This document shows positions 1 to 9,426 of a stretch of 64,000 nucleotides of DNA, in pieces. The DNA is from Meiothermus sp. (GTDB taxonomy: Bacteria; Deinococcota; Deinococci; Deinococcales; Thermaceae): NCBI GenBank assembly GCA_033762915.1, contig JANRLD010000042.1:64001-128000 (forward strand). Direction: 5' to 3'. The notes below the pieces were generated by a model. The model worked only from the letters and a program-made list of their open reading frames with translations. It was not told where the DNA came from and searched no databases. A program made the translations under genes and the position numbers. Within the stretch, counting starts at the first letter, position 1, and the number at the start of each line of letters is the position of its first letter.

Positions 1-1
1 C

Positions 2-715
2 AGGCCGACCAACGACATCTTCAACACGGCGCTGGTCCCACTCGCGCCCACCCTCGAGCACTACCGGACGGTGCTCGAGTCCATCCCCATGCCACGGATG
101 CTCTGGAACACGCTGCTGATGTCGCTGCTCATCACCGTGTCTCAGGTTCTGACCGCGCTGCTGGCGGCCTACGCCTTCGCCCGCTGGACTTTCCCCGGCG
201 ACAAGCTGATCTTCGCCCTCTTCGCCCTGACCTGGCTGGTGCCCTTTCAGGTCACGATGATTCCCAACTACGTCCTGATTGCCAACCTTAACTGGTTGGA
301 CACCATGGCTGCGCTGGTGGTGCCACAGATCGCCTCGGCCTTTGCGGTGCTGTTGCTGTACCAGAACGTAAAGGCGTTCCCCCAGGAGTTGATCGACGCG
401 GCGCGGATAGACGGCGCGGGACACTGGGCGATCTTGTGGCGGGTGGTCACGCCGAACCTCCGCTCCTCGCTCGCTGCCCTGACCATCCTCCTCTTCATCG
501 GGGCCTGGAACGAGTACCTCTGGCCGCTGCTGGTGACGCGCAATATGGACAACGCCGTGGTGCAGATTGGCCTGCAGATGTTCCTGACCCAGGAGGGCGA
601 CCAGTGGGGGCCGTTGATGGCGGCGGCTACGCTGGCGAGTATGCCGATTCTGCTCTTGTACATGGCGCTGCAAAAACAGATCGTCGAGGCGTTCATGAAA
701 TCGGGGCTGAGATGA
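2..715 (+). CDS. Carbohydrate ABC transporter permease (UgpE/MalG-like), 5'-truncated by the window edge
   Basis: Frame is open from position 2; hydrophobic segments and EAA loop ELIDAARIDGA; stop TGA at 713-715. Confidence 0.9.
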   Translation, partial: RPTNDIFNTALVPLAPTLEHYRTVLESIPMPRMLWNTLLMSLLITVSQVLTALLAAYAFARWTFPGDKLIFALFALTWLVPFQVTMIPNYVLIANLNWLDTMAALVVPQIASAFAVLLLYQNVKAFPQELIDAARIDGAGHWAILWRVVTPNLRSSLAALTILLFIGAWNEYLWPLLVTRNMDNAVVQIGLQMFLTQEGDQWGPLMAAATLASMPILLLYMALQKQIVEAFMKSGLR

Positions 716-842
716 GCAATCTGTGCAGCAGGCGGGCAGTGAGCCAGAAAGCGTAACGACACATCGCACGAGCAAAACCCCAACGCCACGGGCTGCATGC
801 CGTCCGGCTTGGGCCGTTGATGCTGAGACGCAGGAGGACCCC

Positions 843-1589
843 ATGACCAAGACCCCCGCCCGCCACCTGCCCCTCGAGGGCAGCTTCAACATCCGCGACC
901 TCGGCGGATACCACACCGCCGATGGTCAGACCACCCTCTGGGGCAAGGTCTTCCGCGCCGACAGCCTGCACCGCCTCACCGCAGACTCGCAGGCGCTGCT
1001 GCTCAAGCAGGGCATCCGCACGGTGGTTGACCTGCGCCACGCCTCCGAACTCGAGGCCGCCCCCAACCCCTTCGCCGATCACCCAGAGGTGCGCTACCTG
1101 CACGTCTCGCTGTTCGAGCCGCTGTACCGGGGCGGGAGCCTGGGCGGCGGGAATCGGGCGGGGCTCGAGCTGACCGAGCTGTACCGGCTCGCGCTGGAGC
1201 ACGCCCGGGACCCCATCGCCAGGGTGCTGACAGTCATCGCGGAGTCCGACGCGCCGGTGCTGTTCCACTGCACGGCGGGCAAGGATCGCACCGGGCTGAT
1301 CGCCGCACTGACCCTGGCGGCCGTGGGCGTGGAGTCCGACACCATCGTGACGGACTACGCCCTCACCGGCGAGTACGCCAGGCCGCTGATGGCCCACCTC
1401 GAGGCCGAGGCCCAAGCCAAGGGACACGACCTTGGCCAGTACAGGAAGCTCCTGCTCTCCGAGCCGGAGTTCATGCAGAAGACCCTCGAGCACCTCGAGG
1501 CCGCCCACGGCAGCCCTAGAGCCTACCTCGAGGCGATTGGCCTGTCCGAGGAGACCTTGGCAGGCCTGCGGCAGCAGCTGCTGAGTTGA
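843..1589 (+). CDS. Tyrosine-protein phosphatase family protein (Y_phosphatase3/MptpB-like)
   Basis: NIRDLGGY, VVDLR and P-loop HCTAGKDRTG; AGGAGG RBS before ATG 843. Confidence 0.88.
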   Translation: MTKTPARHLPLEGSFNIRDLGGYHTADGQTTLWGKVFRADSLHRLTADSQALLLKQGIRTVVDLRHASELEAAPNPFADHPEVRYLHVSLFEPLYRGGSLGGGNRAGLELTELYRLALEHARDPIARVLTVIAESDAPVLFHCTAGKDRTGLIAALTLAAVGVESDTIVTDYALTGEYARPLMAHLEAEAQAKGHDLGQYRKLLLSEPEFMQKTLEHLEAAHGSPRAYLEAIGLSEETLAGLRQQLLS

Positions 1590-1697
1590 CGCCCGCGCTC
1601 CGCACCCCTGCGGGCTCACAGCGCTTGGCGCCTTTTGGGCGCAGGTCGTCTCGAGGGGCTTTGTCCGTATGACTTCATGGAAGTGTCGCCCGGACAT

Positions 1698-1728
1698 TGA
1701 CCCATCGCTGACGGCGGGAAACTATCGT
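1698..1728 (+). promoter_or_regulatory. Pho-box-like direct repeat plus -10 element upstream of phnC copy 1
   Basis: TGACC-N6-TGACG-N9-TATCGT; same geometry at five other P-related promoters. Confidence 0.65.
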
Positions 1729-1752
1729 CGGCCCGGGAGCAGTGAGGCCATC

Positions 1753-2529
1753 ATGATTCGTCTCGAACAGGTCACCCAGCAGTTCCCCAACGGCACCCGA
1801 GCGCTGCGAGACGTGACGCTGGAGGTGGACAGCCAGCACTTCACCGTGCTGATCGGCCCCTCGGGAGCGGGCAAGTCCACCTTGATGCGGGTCTTGAACG
1901 GGCTGATCCGGCCCACTGCAGGCCGGGTCTGGATCGGCGAGACCGAGATCACCAAGGCCTCCAGCGCCCAGGTGCGGCTGGCCCGGCGGCAGATCGGGAT
2001 GGTGTTCCAGCAGTTCAACTTGGTTAAGCGCCTGACCGCGCTGGACAACGTGCTGCTGGGTCGGCTGGGCTACCGCCCGACCTGGCGCAGCCTCTTCCGT
2101 GCCTTCGAGAGGTCCGAACTCGAGTTCGCCCTGCACCTCCTCGACCGGGTGGGGATGGCTGACTACGCCTGGCAGCGGGCCGACACCCTCTCGGGCGGGC
2201 AGCAGCAGCGGGTGGGCATCGCCCGCGCGCTGGCCCAGCGGCCCAGGCTGATCCTGGCCGACGAGCCCATCTCGGCCCTCGACCCCAAGTCCTCGGAGCA
2301 GGTGATGGAGATTCTGCGCTCGATCCACGCCCAGGACGGCATAAGCGTGGTGGCGAACCTGCACTTCCTGGGCACGGTGCGCGAGTACGCGGGGCGGGTG
2401 ATCGGTCTGAAAGCGGGCGCGGTGATGTTTGACGGCGGGGTGAGCGACCTGACCGATGCGGCGGTGCGCGACCTCTACTACGGCTCTGCCGAGCACGAGG
2501 AGTTCAGGCCCCAGTTGCAGGTGGCTTGA
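1753..2529 (+). CDS. phnC: Phosphonate ABC transporter ATP-binding protein (copy 1)
   Basis: Walker A GPSGAGKST, IGMVFQQFNLV, LSGGQQQRV, ILADEP; followed by phnD and phnE. Confidence 0.9.
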   Translation: MIRLEQVTQQFPNGTRALRDVTLEVDSQHFTVLIGPSGAGKSTLMRVLNGLIRPTAGRVWIGETEITKASSAQVRLARRQIGMVFQQFNLVKRLTALDNVLLGRLGYRPTWRSLFRAFERSELEFALHLLDRVGMADYAWQRADTLSGGQQQRVGIARALAQRPRLILADEPISALDPKSSEQVMEILRSIHAQDGISVVANLHFLGTVREYAGRVIGLKAGAVMFDGGVSDLTDAAVRDLYYGSAEHEEFRPQLQVA

Positions 2530-2545
2530 GTTTAGGAGGAGTAGC

Positions 2546-3412
2546 GTGAAAAAGTTTTTTGCTTTGGTGGCATCGCTGGTGGCCGCACTGGGCATGGCGC
2601 AGAGCAACCCCTCGGGCTGCCCCGCCGAGGTTCGCTTCGGGATTTTGCCTTCCGAGGAGTCTACCGTTCAGGCCCGCTACGAGCCGCTGTTCCAGTACCT
2701 GCAGCAGCAGACCGGCAGCCGCTTCCGCTTCACCATCGGGGCCGACTACGCCGCCATCATCGTAGCAATGGCCAACAACCGCCTCGAGCTGGCCTGGTTC
2801 GGGCCGGAGTCCTACGTGCAGGCCACCAAGCAGACCAGGGTGGTTCCGCTGGTCATTGCCGACAACGTCAACACTGGTCTGGGCTACCTCAGCAGCCTGT
2901 TCGTCCGCGCCGACTCGCCCTACCGCACCCTCGACGACCTCAAGGGCAAGACCCTGGCCTTCGTAGACCCCAACTCCACCAGCGGCTACCTGATCCCCCT
3001 GGTCTACTTCCTGCGCGAGGCCAAGGTGCGCCCCGAGCAACACTTCTCCCAAGTGGTTTTTGCGGGCAATCACAACAGCGCCCTGCTGACCCTGGTCAAC
3101 AGGCGCGTAGACGCCGCCACCATCGCCAGCGGCACCATCACCAACGCCATTAAAAACGGCTCGCTAAAGGAAGGCGAACTGCGGGCCATCTGGACGTCCA
3201 AGCAGATCCCCAACAGCCCCATCACCGCCAACGCCAACCTCGCCTCCTCCTGCCGCGCCGCCATCCAGCGGGCCTTCCTCAACCTGCGCGACCCCAAGGT
3301 GCTCGAGGGCTTTCAGGCCCGGCGCTTCGTTATCGTCTCGGACAACTACTACGCCCCCGTCCGCGAGGCGGGCCGCGTTCGCGACGAGCTGCAGCGGGCA
3401 GCGAACAGGTAA
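2546..3412 (+). CDS. phnD: Phosphonate/phosphite ABC transporter substrate-binding protein (copy 1)
   Basis: GTG after AGGAGG, signal peptide, AFVDPNSTSGY and FAGNH motifs. Confidence 0.88.
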   Translation: MKKFFALVASLVAALGMAQSNPSGCPAEVRFGILPSEESTVQARYEPLFQYLQQQTGSRFRFTIGADYAAIIVAMANNRLELAWFGPESYVQATKQTRVVPLVIADNVNTGLGYLSSLFVRADSPYRTLDDLKGKTLAFVDPNSTSGYLIPLVYFLREAKVRPEQHFSQVVFAGNHNSALLTLVNRRVDAATIASGTITNAIKNGSLKEGELRAIWTSKQIPNSPITANANLASSCRAAIQRAFLNLRDPKVLEGFQARRFVIVSDNYYAPVREAGRVRDELQRAANR

Positions 3413-3558
3413 AAGCAGATAGAGGCGGCGAAGAGCAGCGAAAAGATGCGAAACAAAAAGAACAGGCTCTGGCCTGACCTTCCGATTCTGTTCGCCTTTG
3501 CCGGCCGTTACCCAAATCCTTCTTCCTACTTACCCTTTCCTCAACTCCTTATCACACC

Positions 3559-4389
3559 ATGACCCAATCCCCGCTCCGCCCCCTATCCACCGACCCGCCG
3601 CCCTCGGTGCTGATTACCAGGCGCTGGAACAACCTTGCGCTTGGGCTGGTGCTGCTGGCCCTGGTCGCTAGCTACCCGCTGACCGAGATTAGCCCCGGAG
3701 GGCTGTTATCGGGCATCGGGGACTCGGTGCGGTTCGTTTTCGGGTCACCCGACCGTCCCAACTCGGGGTTCTTCCCGCCGGACTTCTCGAGGTGGGAAAC
3801 CTACACCGTCCAGATGCTCATCACGGTGGCGATGGGGCTGTGGGGTACAGTGCTGTCGCTGGTGCTGGCGGTTCCGCTGTCCTTCATGGGGGCGCAGAAC
3901 GTTGCGCCGAGGTGGCTCTACAACCTGACCCGCCCGGTTCTGGACTTCCTGCGCGGACTGCCCGATCTGATCCTGGCCCTGATCTTCGTGGCCGCGCTGG
4001 GTCTGGGGCCGTTTCCCGGCATCATGGCGCTGGCTTTCAGCACGGCGGGAAGCCTGGCGAAGCTGCTCTCCGAGGCCATCGAGGCCGTTGACCCGGGGCA
4101 GATCGAGGCCGTCAAGGCCACGGGGGCCTCGCCGCTGCTGGTCCTGCTCTATGGCTACTGGCCGCAGATCCTGCCGCTGTTTACCTCGTACACGCTGTAC
4201 CGCTTCGAGGTCAACGTGCGGGCTGCGACCTTCCTCGGCATCGTGGGCGCGGGCGGCATCGGCTTCTACCTTCAAGAGGCCATGCGCGGCTTCGACTTCC
4301 GCTCGACCTGCGCCCTGATCATCATCATCTTGGTGACCGTGCGCCTGGTGGACTGGGGCTCGGCGAGGCTGCGGGCGCGGATCATCTGA
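3559..4389 (+). CDS. phnE: Phosphonate ABC transporter permease (copy 1)
   Basis: LGPFPG, EAIEAVDPGQIEA, YRFEVNVR, LGIVGAGGIG. Confidence 0.9.
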   Translation: MTQSPLRPLSTDPPPSVLITRRWNNLALGLVLLALVASYPLTEISPGGLLSGIGDSVRFVFGSPDRPNSGFFPPDFSRWETYTVQMLITVAMGLWGTVLSLVLAVPLSFMGAQNVAPRWLYNLTRPVLDFLRGLPDLILALIFVAALGLGPFPGIMALAFSTAGSLAKLLSEAIEAVDPGQIEAVKATGASPLLVLLYGYWPQILPLFTSYTLYRFEVNVRAATFLGIVGAGGIGFYLQEAMRGFDFRSTCALIIIILVTVRLVDWGSARLRARII

Positions 4390-4575
4390 CATGGTTGCGC
4401 GAACACCCATCTCTCTTATAAGGCCGGCGCTCCGTGCACGGCCGTACAGGCCCACAGCGCGGGTCACGTTAAAGACGCCTTTTTGGTATAGGCCAAGCCC
4501 TTGTGATTGGCCCTACGAAGAACCGGATCCCTTGACCTCGGTCCCTAGACCTACGCCCCCCTACCCTCGACCCCT

Positions 4576-5724
4576 ATGTGGCTAACCAACCTCAAAGCCG
4601 TTCTGCCCGACCAAACCCTCGAGTCCGCCTCGGTGCGCCTTGAGGACGGCTACATTGCCGAAATCCGTGAGGGAAAGCTGGAGGGCACCGACTGCCAGGG
4701 CCTGACCCTGATACCGGGCATCGTGGATCTGCACGGCGACATGCTCGAGCGCGAGATCGAGCCGCGCCCCGGCGCCGAGTTCCCGGTCCCGGTAGCGATG
4801 ATGGAGCTCGACAAACGGCTTGCCGCAGCGGGCGTGACCACGGCCTTCGCCGCCATCAGCTTTTCCGAGGCCAAGTCCACCAAAACCTTGCGCTCGGAGG
4901 AGCGGGCCAGGGGTATCATCAGGGCCATCCACGAAGGACGCGGGGGGATGCGGGTGGACTGGCGGGTGCACGCCCGCTTCGAGGTGACCAACCACGGCGC
5001 GCCGCCGGTGCTGCGTGACTTGATTGCCGCTCGAGACGTCCACCTGGTCTCACTCACCGACCACACGCCGGGGCAGGGCCAGTACCGCGACCTCGAGCGT
5101 TTCGTGGACTTCATGGCCAGGTGGCGCGAGGTCTCGAGGGAGGACGCGCAGGTGCGGGTAAAGGAGCGCATCCAGCGCACTCAGGAGGCCCCCCCGAGCT
5201 GGCCGGTGATTCGCGACGTGACCGCGCTGGCCCGGGAGCACCACATCCCGCTGGCCTCGCACGACGACGACACCCTCGAGAAAGTAGACCTTATGGCCGA
5301 TCTCGGCACCACCATCAGCGAGTTCCCGGTAGACGTGATCGCGGCCAGAGAGGCCAGGCGGCGCGGCATGTGGGTGGCGATGGGGGCCCCCAACGCGCTG
5401 CGCGGCGGCTCGCACTCGGGCAACGTGGGGGCGGCGGAGCTGCTGGACTTGGGCCTGCTCGACCTGTTGATGTCCGACTACGCGGCGGGCGCGCTGCTGC
5501 AAGCCGCCTACGCCTTACACCGCAGGCGCGGCCTGCCGCTGCATAGGGCCGCCGCCCTGGTCACGGCCAACCCCGCCCAGGCCGTGGGGCTGCGCGACCA
5601 GGGGTCGCTGGCTGCGGGGATGCGGGCGGACTTGGTGCTGGTGGAGGAGCTCGAGTACCCTCGCGTACGCACCACCCTTCGCGAGGGCCGCAAGATTTAC
5701 AGCGACGGCACCCTGAGCGTCTGA
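4576..5724 (+). CDS. phnM: Alpha-D-ribose 1-methylphosphonate 5-triphosphate diphosphatase (copy 1)
   Basis: PGIVDLHGD, DHTPGQGQYR, ASHDD, ISEFP, MGAPN..RGGSHSGN, SDY. Confidence 0.92.
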   Translation: MWLTNLKAVLPDQTLESASVRLEDGYIAEIREGKLEGTDCQGLTLIPGIVDLHGDMLEREIEPRPGAEFPVPVAMMELDKRLAAAGVTTAFAAISFSEAKSTKTLRSEERARGIIRAIHEGRGGMRVDWRVHARFEVTNHGAPPVLRDLIAARDVHLVSLTDHTPGQGQYRDLERFVDFMARWREVSREDAQVRVKERIQRTQEAPPSWPVIRDVTALAREHHIPLASHDDDTLEKVDLMADLGTTISEFPVDVIAAREARRRGMWVAMGAPNALRGGSHSGNVGAAELLDLGLLDLLMSDYAAGALLQAAYALHRRRGLPLHRAAALVTANPAQAVGLRDQGSLAAGMRADLVLVEELEYPRVRTTLREGRKIYSDGTLSV

Positions 5725-5809
5725 GAGCGGGTCCCCCGCACACCTACAGCGGTTTTTGCTGTAGGGAGTACATTGCCTGCCGCGAGGGAGGTCATGGTGG
5801 GAAACGCGA
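5725..5809 (+). mobile_element. MITE-like repeat, type A
   Basis: Ends GAGCGGGTCCC...TGGGAAACGCGA; internal hairpin CCTACAGC-GGTTTTT-GCTGTAGG; similar to 12499-12587 and 51903-52005. Confidence 0.7.
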
Positions 5810-6075
5810 TGACAACTCCCCTGAGTGGAGGCTTGTTAAGCAAATCGTGCTTCGGTTAGCCGCGCTCGCTCGAGCAGAGTTCGGGCTGGGCGTAGCCTTC
5901 GGGCGGCGCTGGTTCGCGGCATCGGCTACGAGCGGGAGTATCTCGAGTGGCGTGTGGGTGACATCGCAGCTCGAACTCTCGCAAAACACCGGGTCGTGAT
6001 GGCTTCAGCCACGCGAAGTTATGCGCCCTGTGGGCACTTCAGATATGCCTGAGGTGGGGTGGCCTTGGTGTTGGT

Positions 6076-6498
6076 CTATCCGAGACCCAGCACCCAGACC
6101 CAGCCCTGCGCGACCTCTAGCCGCAGGGCCTGCAAGTCCTCATTGGCGATGCCCGCCTCGAGGCTGCCGTCTTTGGCCCAGAACCTCGAGCCGTGGCAGA
6201 AGCAAAACACCCGGTCAGGATCAGCATCGACGTGGCGCGCCTCGCAGCCGTTGTGGGGGCACTCGCGCAGGTAGCCCGACAGAAAGAAGTCGGCGGAGAC
6301 CTCGCGTACCCTCGAGGTCTTCTGGCTCGGCTTCGGTACCCGAATGACAGTTGCGGGTTTGCTCTGGAATTCGAACTCGATGCGACTCCAGAGGTCGGGA
6401 AATTGCTCGAGGTGGGCTACCGGCTGGGGCGCGGCAGGAACCGGACTCAGCCCCACGGCAGCCCCGAACATCGCCTTTAAGACTCTGCGTCGCCTCAC
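6076..6498 (-). CDS. Rieske [2Fe-2S] domain protein, probable Tat export
   Basis: CPHNGC...CFCHGSRF ligand boxes; N-terminal RRRVLK; GGAGGA RBS before GTG 6498. Confidence 0.8.
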   Translation of the reverse strand: MRRRRVLKAMFGAAVGLSPVPAAPQPVAHLEQFPDLWSRIEFEFQSKPATVIRVPKPSQKTSRVREVSADFFLSGYLRECPHNGCEARHVDADPDRVFCFCHGSRFWAKDGSLEAGIANEDLQALRLEVAQGWVWVLGLG

Positions 6499-6514
6499 AG
6501 TCCTCCAAATGGCA

Positions 6515-6541
6515 TAGTGCCAAGGCATGCCTTGGCACTAC
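6515..6541 (-). repeat. GTAG-type REP-like perfect palindrome
   Basis: TAGTGCCAAGGCATGCCTTGGCACTA (6515-6540) is its own reverse complement; reads GTAG... on the minus strand. Confidence 0.6.
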
Positions 6542-6555
6542 GGAAAGGCCGAGGC

Positions 6556-8529
6556 CTAGCCTCCGATGATGCCGCCGTCGTTCTTTCGCACCGCCACCAC
6601 CGAGGGGCGGGGCACGCCGCGCCCGTCGGGCCAGAGGCTGACCGGCTTCTCGACGGTGCCGCCCTCGCCAGGGTGCTGGATGCCTGCGAAGAAGGCCCGG
6701 TCGTCCTGGGCAAAGATCGGGCCGCAGACCTCGGCCCCCTTGGGTGCGCTCATGAACTGGCGCACGAAGCCACGCTCGGGGCCTCGAGTGGACACCGCGA
6801 AGACCCCGTCGTTGCCCTTGACGTTGGAGTTCTCCATGCCGTCGGTGGCGATCCACATGTTGCCAGCGCGGTCGAAGGCGATGCAGTCGGGGGTGGCGAC
6901 CGGCGAAACCTTGGACTTGTCGAAGCCCGCGAAGTAGGTGCCGGCGTTAGCGGGGTCGCCGCAGACCATGAACATCGTCCAGCGGAACCTGGTGGCCGCC
7001 GCGTCGTTGCCCTCTTCCATCATCTCGATGATGTGGCCGTCGCGGTTGTCGGCCCTGGGGTTCATGGGGTCAACCTGGGCGGCAGTGCGGCGCGAGTTGT
7101 TGGTCATCACTGGGTAGACCATGCCGGTGACCGGGTTGCGCTCCACATCCTCGGGGCGATCCATCTTGGTCGCGCCCAGCAGGTCGGCGGCCTGGCGGGT
7201 CTTGATGCACACGTCGGCCTGGGTGCTAAAGCCGTTGGCGGCCGTCAGGGGGCCGTTGCCCTGAACCAGCGGTAGCCACTCGCCGCTGCCGTCGGGGTTG
7301 TACTTGGCTACGTAGAGGGTGCCCTCGTCCAAAAGGCTCATGTTGGCGGCGCGGTTTTGTGCGTTGAAGCGGCCACGGGTGACGAACTTATAGATGTAGT
7401 CGAAACGCTCGTCGTCCCCCATGTACATCACCACCCGGCCGTCGGCGGCCAGACTGGTCTCGGCGCCCTCGTGCTTGAAGCGGCCCAGCGCGGTGCGCTT
7501 CTTGGGGGTCATGGTGGGGTCAAAGGGGTCTATCTCGACGATGTAGCCGTGGCGGAAGGGCTCGTTGGGCTCCTTGGTGAGGTCGAAGCGGTCGTAGAAG
7601 TTTTCCCAGCGGCGGCCTGACTCTTTGGCGGTGAGGCCATAGCGGGCGTGAAGCGCCTTGATACCGGCGTCGGTCACCCCGTCATTGAAGGCGAAGTACT
7701 GATTGAAGTTCTCCTCAGCGGTGAGGATAGTGCCCCAGGGTGTGGTGCCGCCGGCGCAGTTGTTGAGCATTCCCACCACCCGCCTGCCGCTGGGGTCGGC
7801 CTTGGTCTGGAGCAGCGGGTGCCCGGCAGCGGGGCCGGTGATCTCCATCGGGGTGGTGGCGGTGATTCGGCGGTTGAATCGGGAGACCGGGATGAAGTTG
7901 GTCTCGCCGCTGCGCTCGCGGCGCACCTCCACAACCGTACCGCCGTGGGCGGCCAGTTCCACGTCCACCTGCTCCTTGGTGGGCTTGCCGGGGGTGTAGC
8001 CTGGGAACATCAACTCGGGGTTGGTGTACTCGTGGTTGCTCCACAGCAGGGCGCGGCGGGGGTCGGAAGAGCCGTAGGGTAGAGGCAGGTAGCTGATGTA
8101 GTCGCAATTGTAGCCGAAGGCGTTGGCCTGGTCGCGGGCATCCCAGTTGTTGATGTCGAACCGGCTGGCCCGGCCCACCGGGTCGCCCCAGCGGATCACC
8201 ACGTTGGAAGAGTAGCCCTCGGCCAGCATTAACCGGTCTTCGGTGGAGAGCTTGATGGGGTTGAACCCGATGGCCCCAGTGCGGGCCTGGGCCACTGCCT
8301 CGCTGAGGTAGCTCACGCCGGACACGGCCAGCAGCCCGGTGGCGGCGGTGCCCAGGAAGCCCCGGCGGCTGATGGCCTCCTGGATGATGTCGCGGGAGTA
8401 GGGGTTCTCGGTCTGGTTGAGGATCGGCTGGGCGCAGGCGTCGCCGCACTTCCAGTGGCAGGTTGCGGCACTGCGGCCCCCGCGAGGGGCCTGGTGGAAC
8501 AGGTCGGCGTTTTTCTCGAGTTCGATCAT
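6556..8529 (-). CDS. phoX: PhoX-family alkaline phosphatase, Tat-exported
   Basis: SRRGFL Tat motif; FGYNCDY, NHEY, NCAGGTTPWGTILTAEEN, GRFKHE, MDRPED, IQHPGE. Confidence 0.93.
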   Translation of the reverse strand: MIELEKNADLFHQAPRGGRSAATCHWKCGDACAQPILNQTENPYSRDIIQEAISRRGFLGTAATGLLAVSGVSYLSEAVAQARTGAIGFNPIKLSTEDRLMLAEGYSSNVVIRWGDPVGRASRFDINNWDARDQANAFGYNCDYISYLPLPYGSSDPRRALLWSNHEYTNPELMFPGYTPGKPTKEQVDVELAAHGGTVVEVRRERSGETNFIPVSRFNRRITATTPMEITGPAAGHPLLQTKADPSGRRVVGMLNNCAGGTTPWGTILTAEENFNQYFAFNDGVTDAGIKALHARYGLTAKESGRRWENFYDRFDLTKEPNEPFRHGYIVEIDPFDPTMTPKKRTALGRFKHEGAETSLAADGRVVMYMGDDERFDYIYKFVTRGRFNAQNRAANMSLLDEGTLYVAKYNPDGSGEWLPLVQGNGPLTAANGFSTQADVCIKTRQAADLLGATKMDRPEDVERNPVTGMVYPVMTNNSRRTAAQVDPMNPRADNRDGHIIEMMEEGNDAAATRFRWTMFMVCGDPANAGTYFAGFDKSKVSPVATPDCIAFDRAGNMWIATDGMENSNVKGNDGVFAVSTRGPERGFVRQFMSAPKGAEVCGPIFAQDDRAFFAGIQHPGEGGTVEKPVSLWPDGRGVPRPSVVAVRKNDGGIIGG

Positions 8530-8584
8530 GACAGCTCTCCTCGGGAGTTTCTTGGTGAGAAAGAGTCTTGTTTCCCGTATGCAT

Positions 8585-8615
8585 AAACTAGATACCTGAA
8601 GTCAGCCGACTGTCA
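8585..8615 (-). promoter_or_regulatory. Pho-box-like direct repeat plus -10 element upstream of phoX
   Basis: Minus strand TGACA-N6-TGACT-N9-TAGTTT. Confidence 0.65.
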
Positions 8616-9426
8616 GAGGCTTATGGGGCCGGGACTGGATGCGACTTGCCGCCCGCTCCGTTGCTCGAGCAGGACATTAGACCCTGAGCTGACAGCCGAG
8701 GTATATAAACCTTCTGGGCTGCTGCCCTCCTCCGAACCCCCTCCCTTGCCTCGAGGGGGTTCTTTGCTCGCGGGTATTTGCGGGACCCCCTGTAGGTAGG
8801 GTGACTGGTGCGGAAGAGTACGCCGCAAAATGAGCCCCGCCTACGCGTGACTGCCGCCGACCGCCGTGGCTTTTGCAGTGGGGGTAGCCCGTCCCACTTG
8901 TTTCCGTGGTTGAGGTGCGAAGGGCTGCCCCGAAGCACCCCGGGGAATTGCGCCCCGGGTAGCCGCCATGCGGCTATGGCGCAAGCCACCTTGCCCGAGC
9001 CTATGGTGGCTACGTCCGCCGGCTTCGCAAAGACGTCTGCGTAACTTAGCACCGGCCACTTTCTGGCCAGATCCCAAGAGCCCACTATGGCCCCCGGCCT
9101 CGAGGTTGCATTAAGGTTGCACTGGCGTTAAGTAACGGCCTCGACACTAACCTCAGCCGCAACAATCTACAGAAGTCCGTCCAGGTCAGTAAACAGGCTG
9201 ACAGCCACTGTGGGTGATCCAGGCGTTAAGGTCAAGTCTTCGCCAGAAAGTCGAGGAAGTTATGGCAATAGCTCACCAGAAATTCGGGTTACTGCAATAC
9301 CGTCTAAATGTAATACACACCCTTTCGTCGCAATATCCCCAAAAGGCACTACAGAAGTGACGAAAGACCAGCCCCCACTAGGTGGGCTGTGCGGGGTCGT
9401 GTCTTACCTACGTATCCGGAGGGAAC

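Noticed and set aside
8613..9085. Overlapping ORFs between phoX and pstS
   Set aside because: No recognisable motif or RBS; probably non-coding or a decayed remnant
9340..9412. c-di-GMP-I riboswitch call
   Set aside because: Lacks a convincing GAAA-tetraloop stem and receptor; kept only as a weak structured-leader finding
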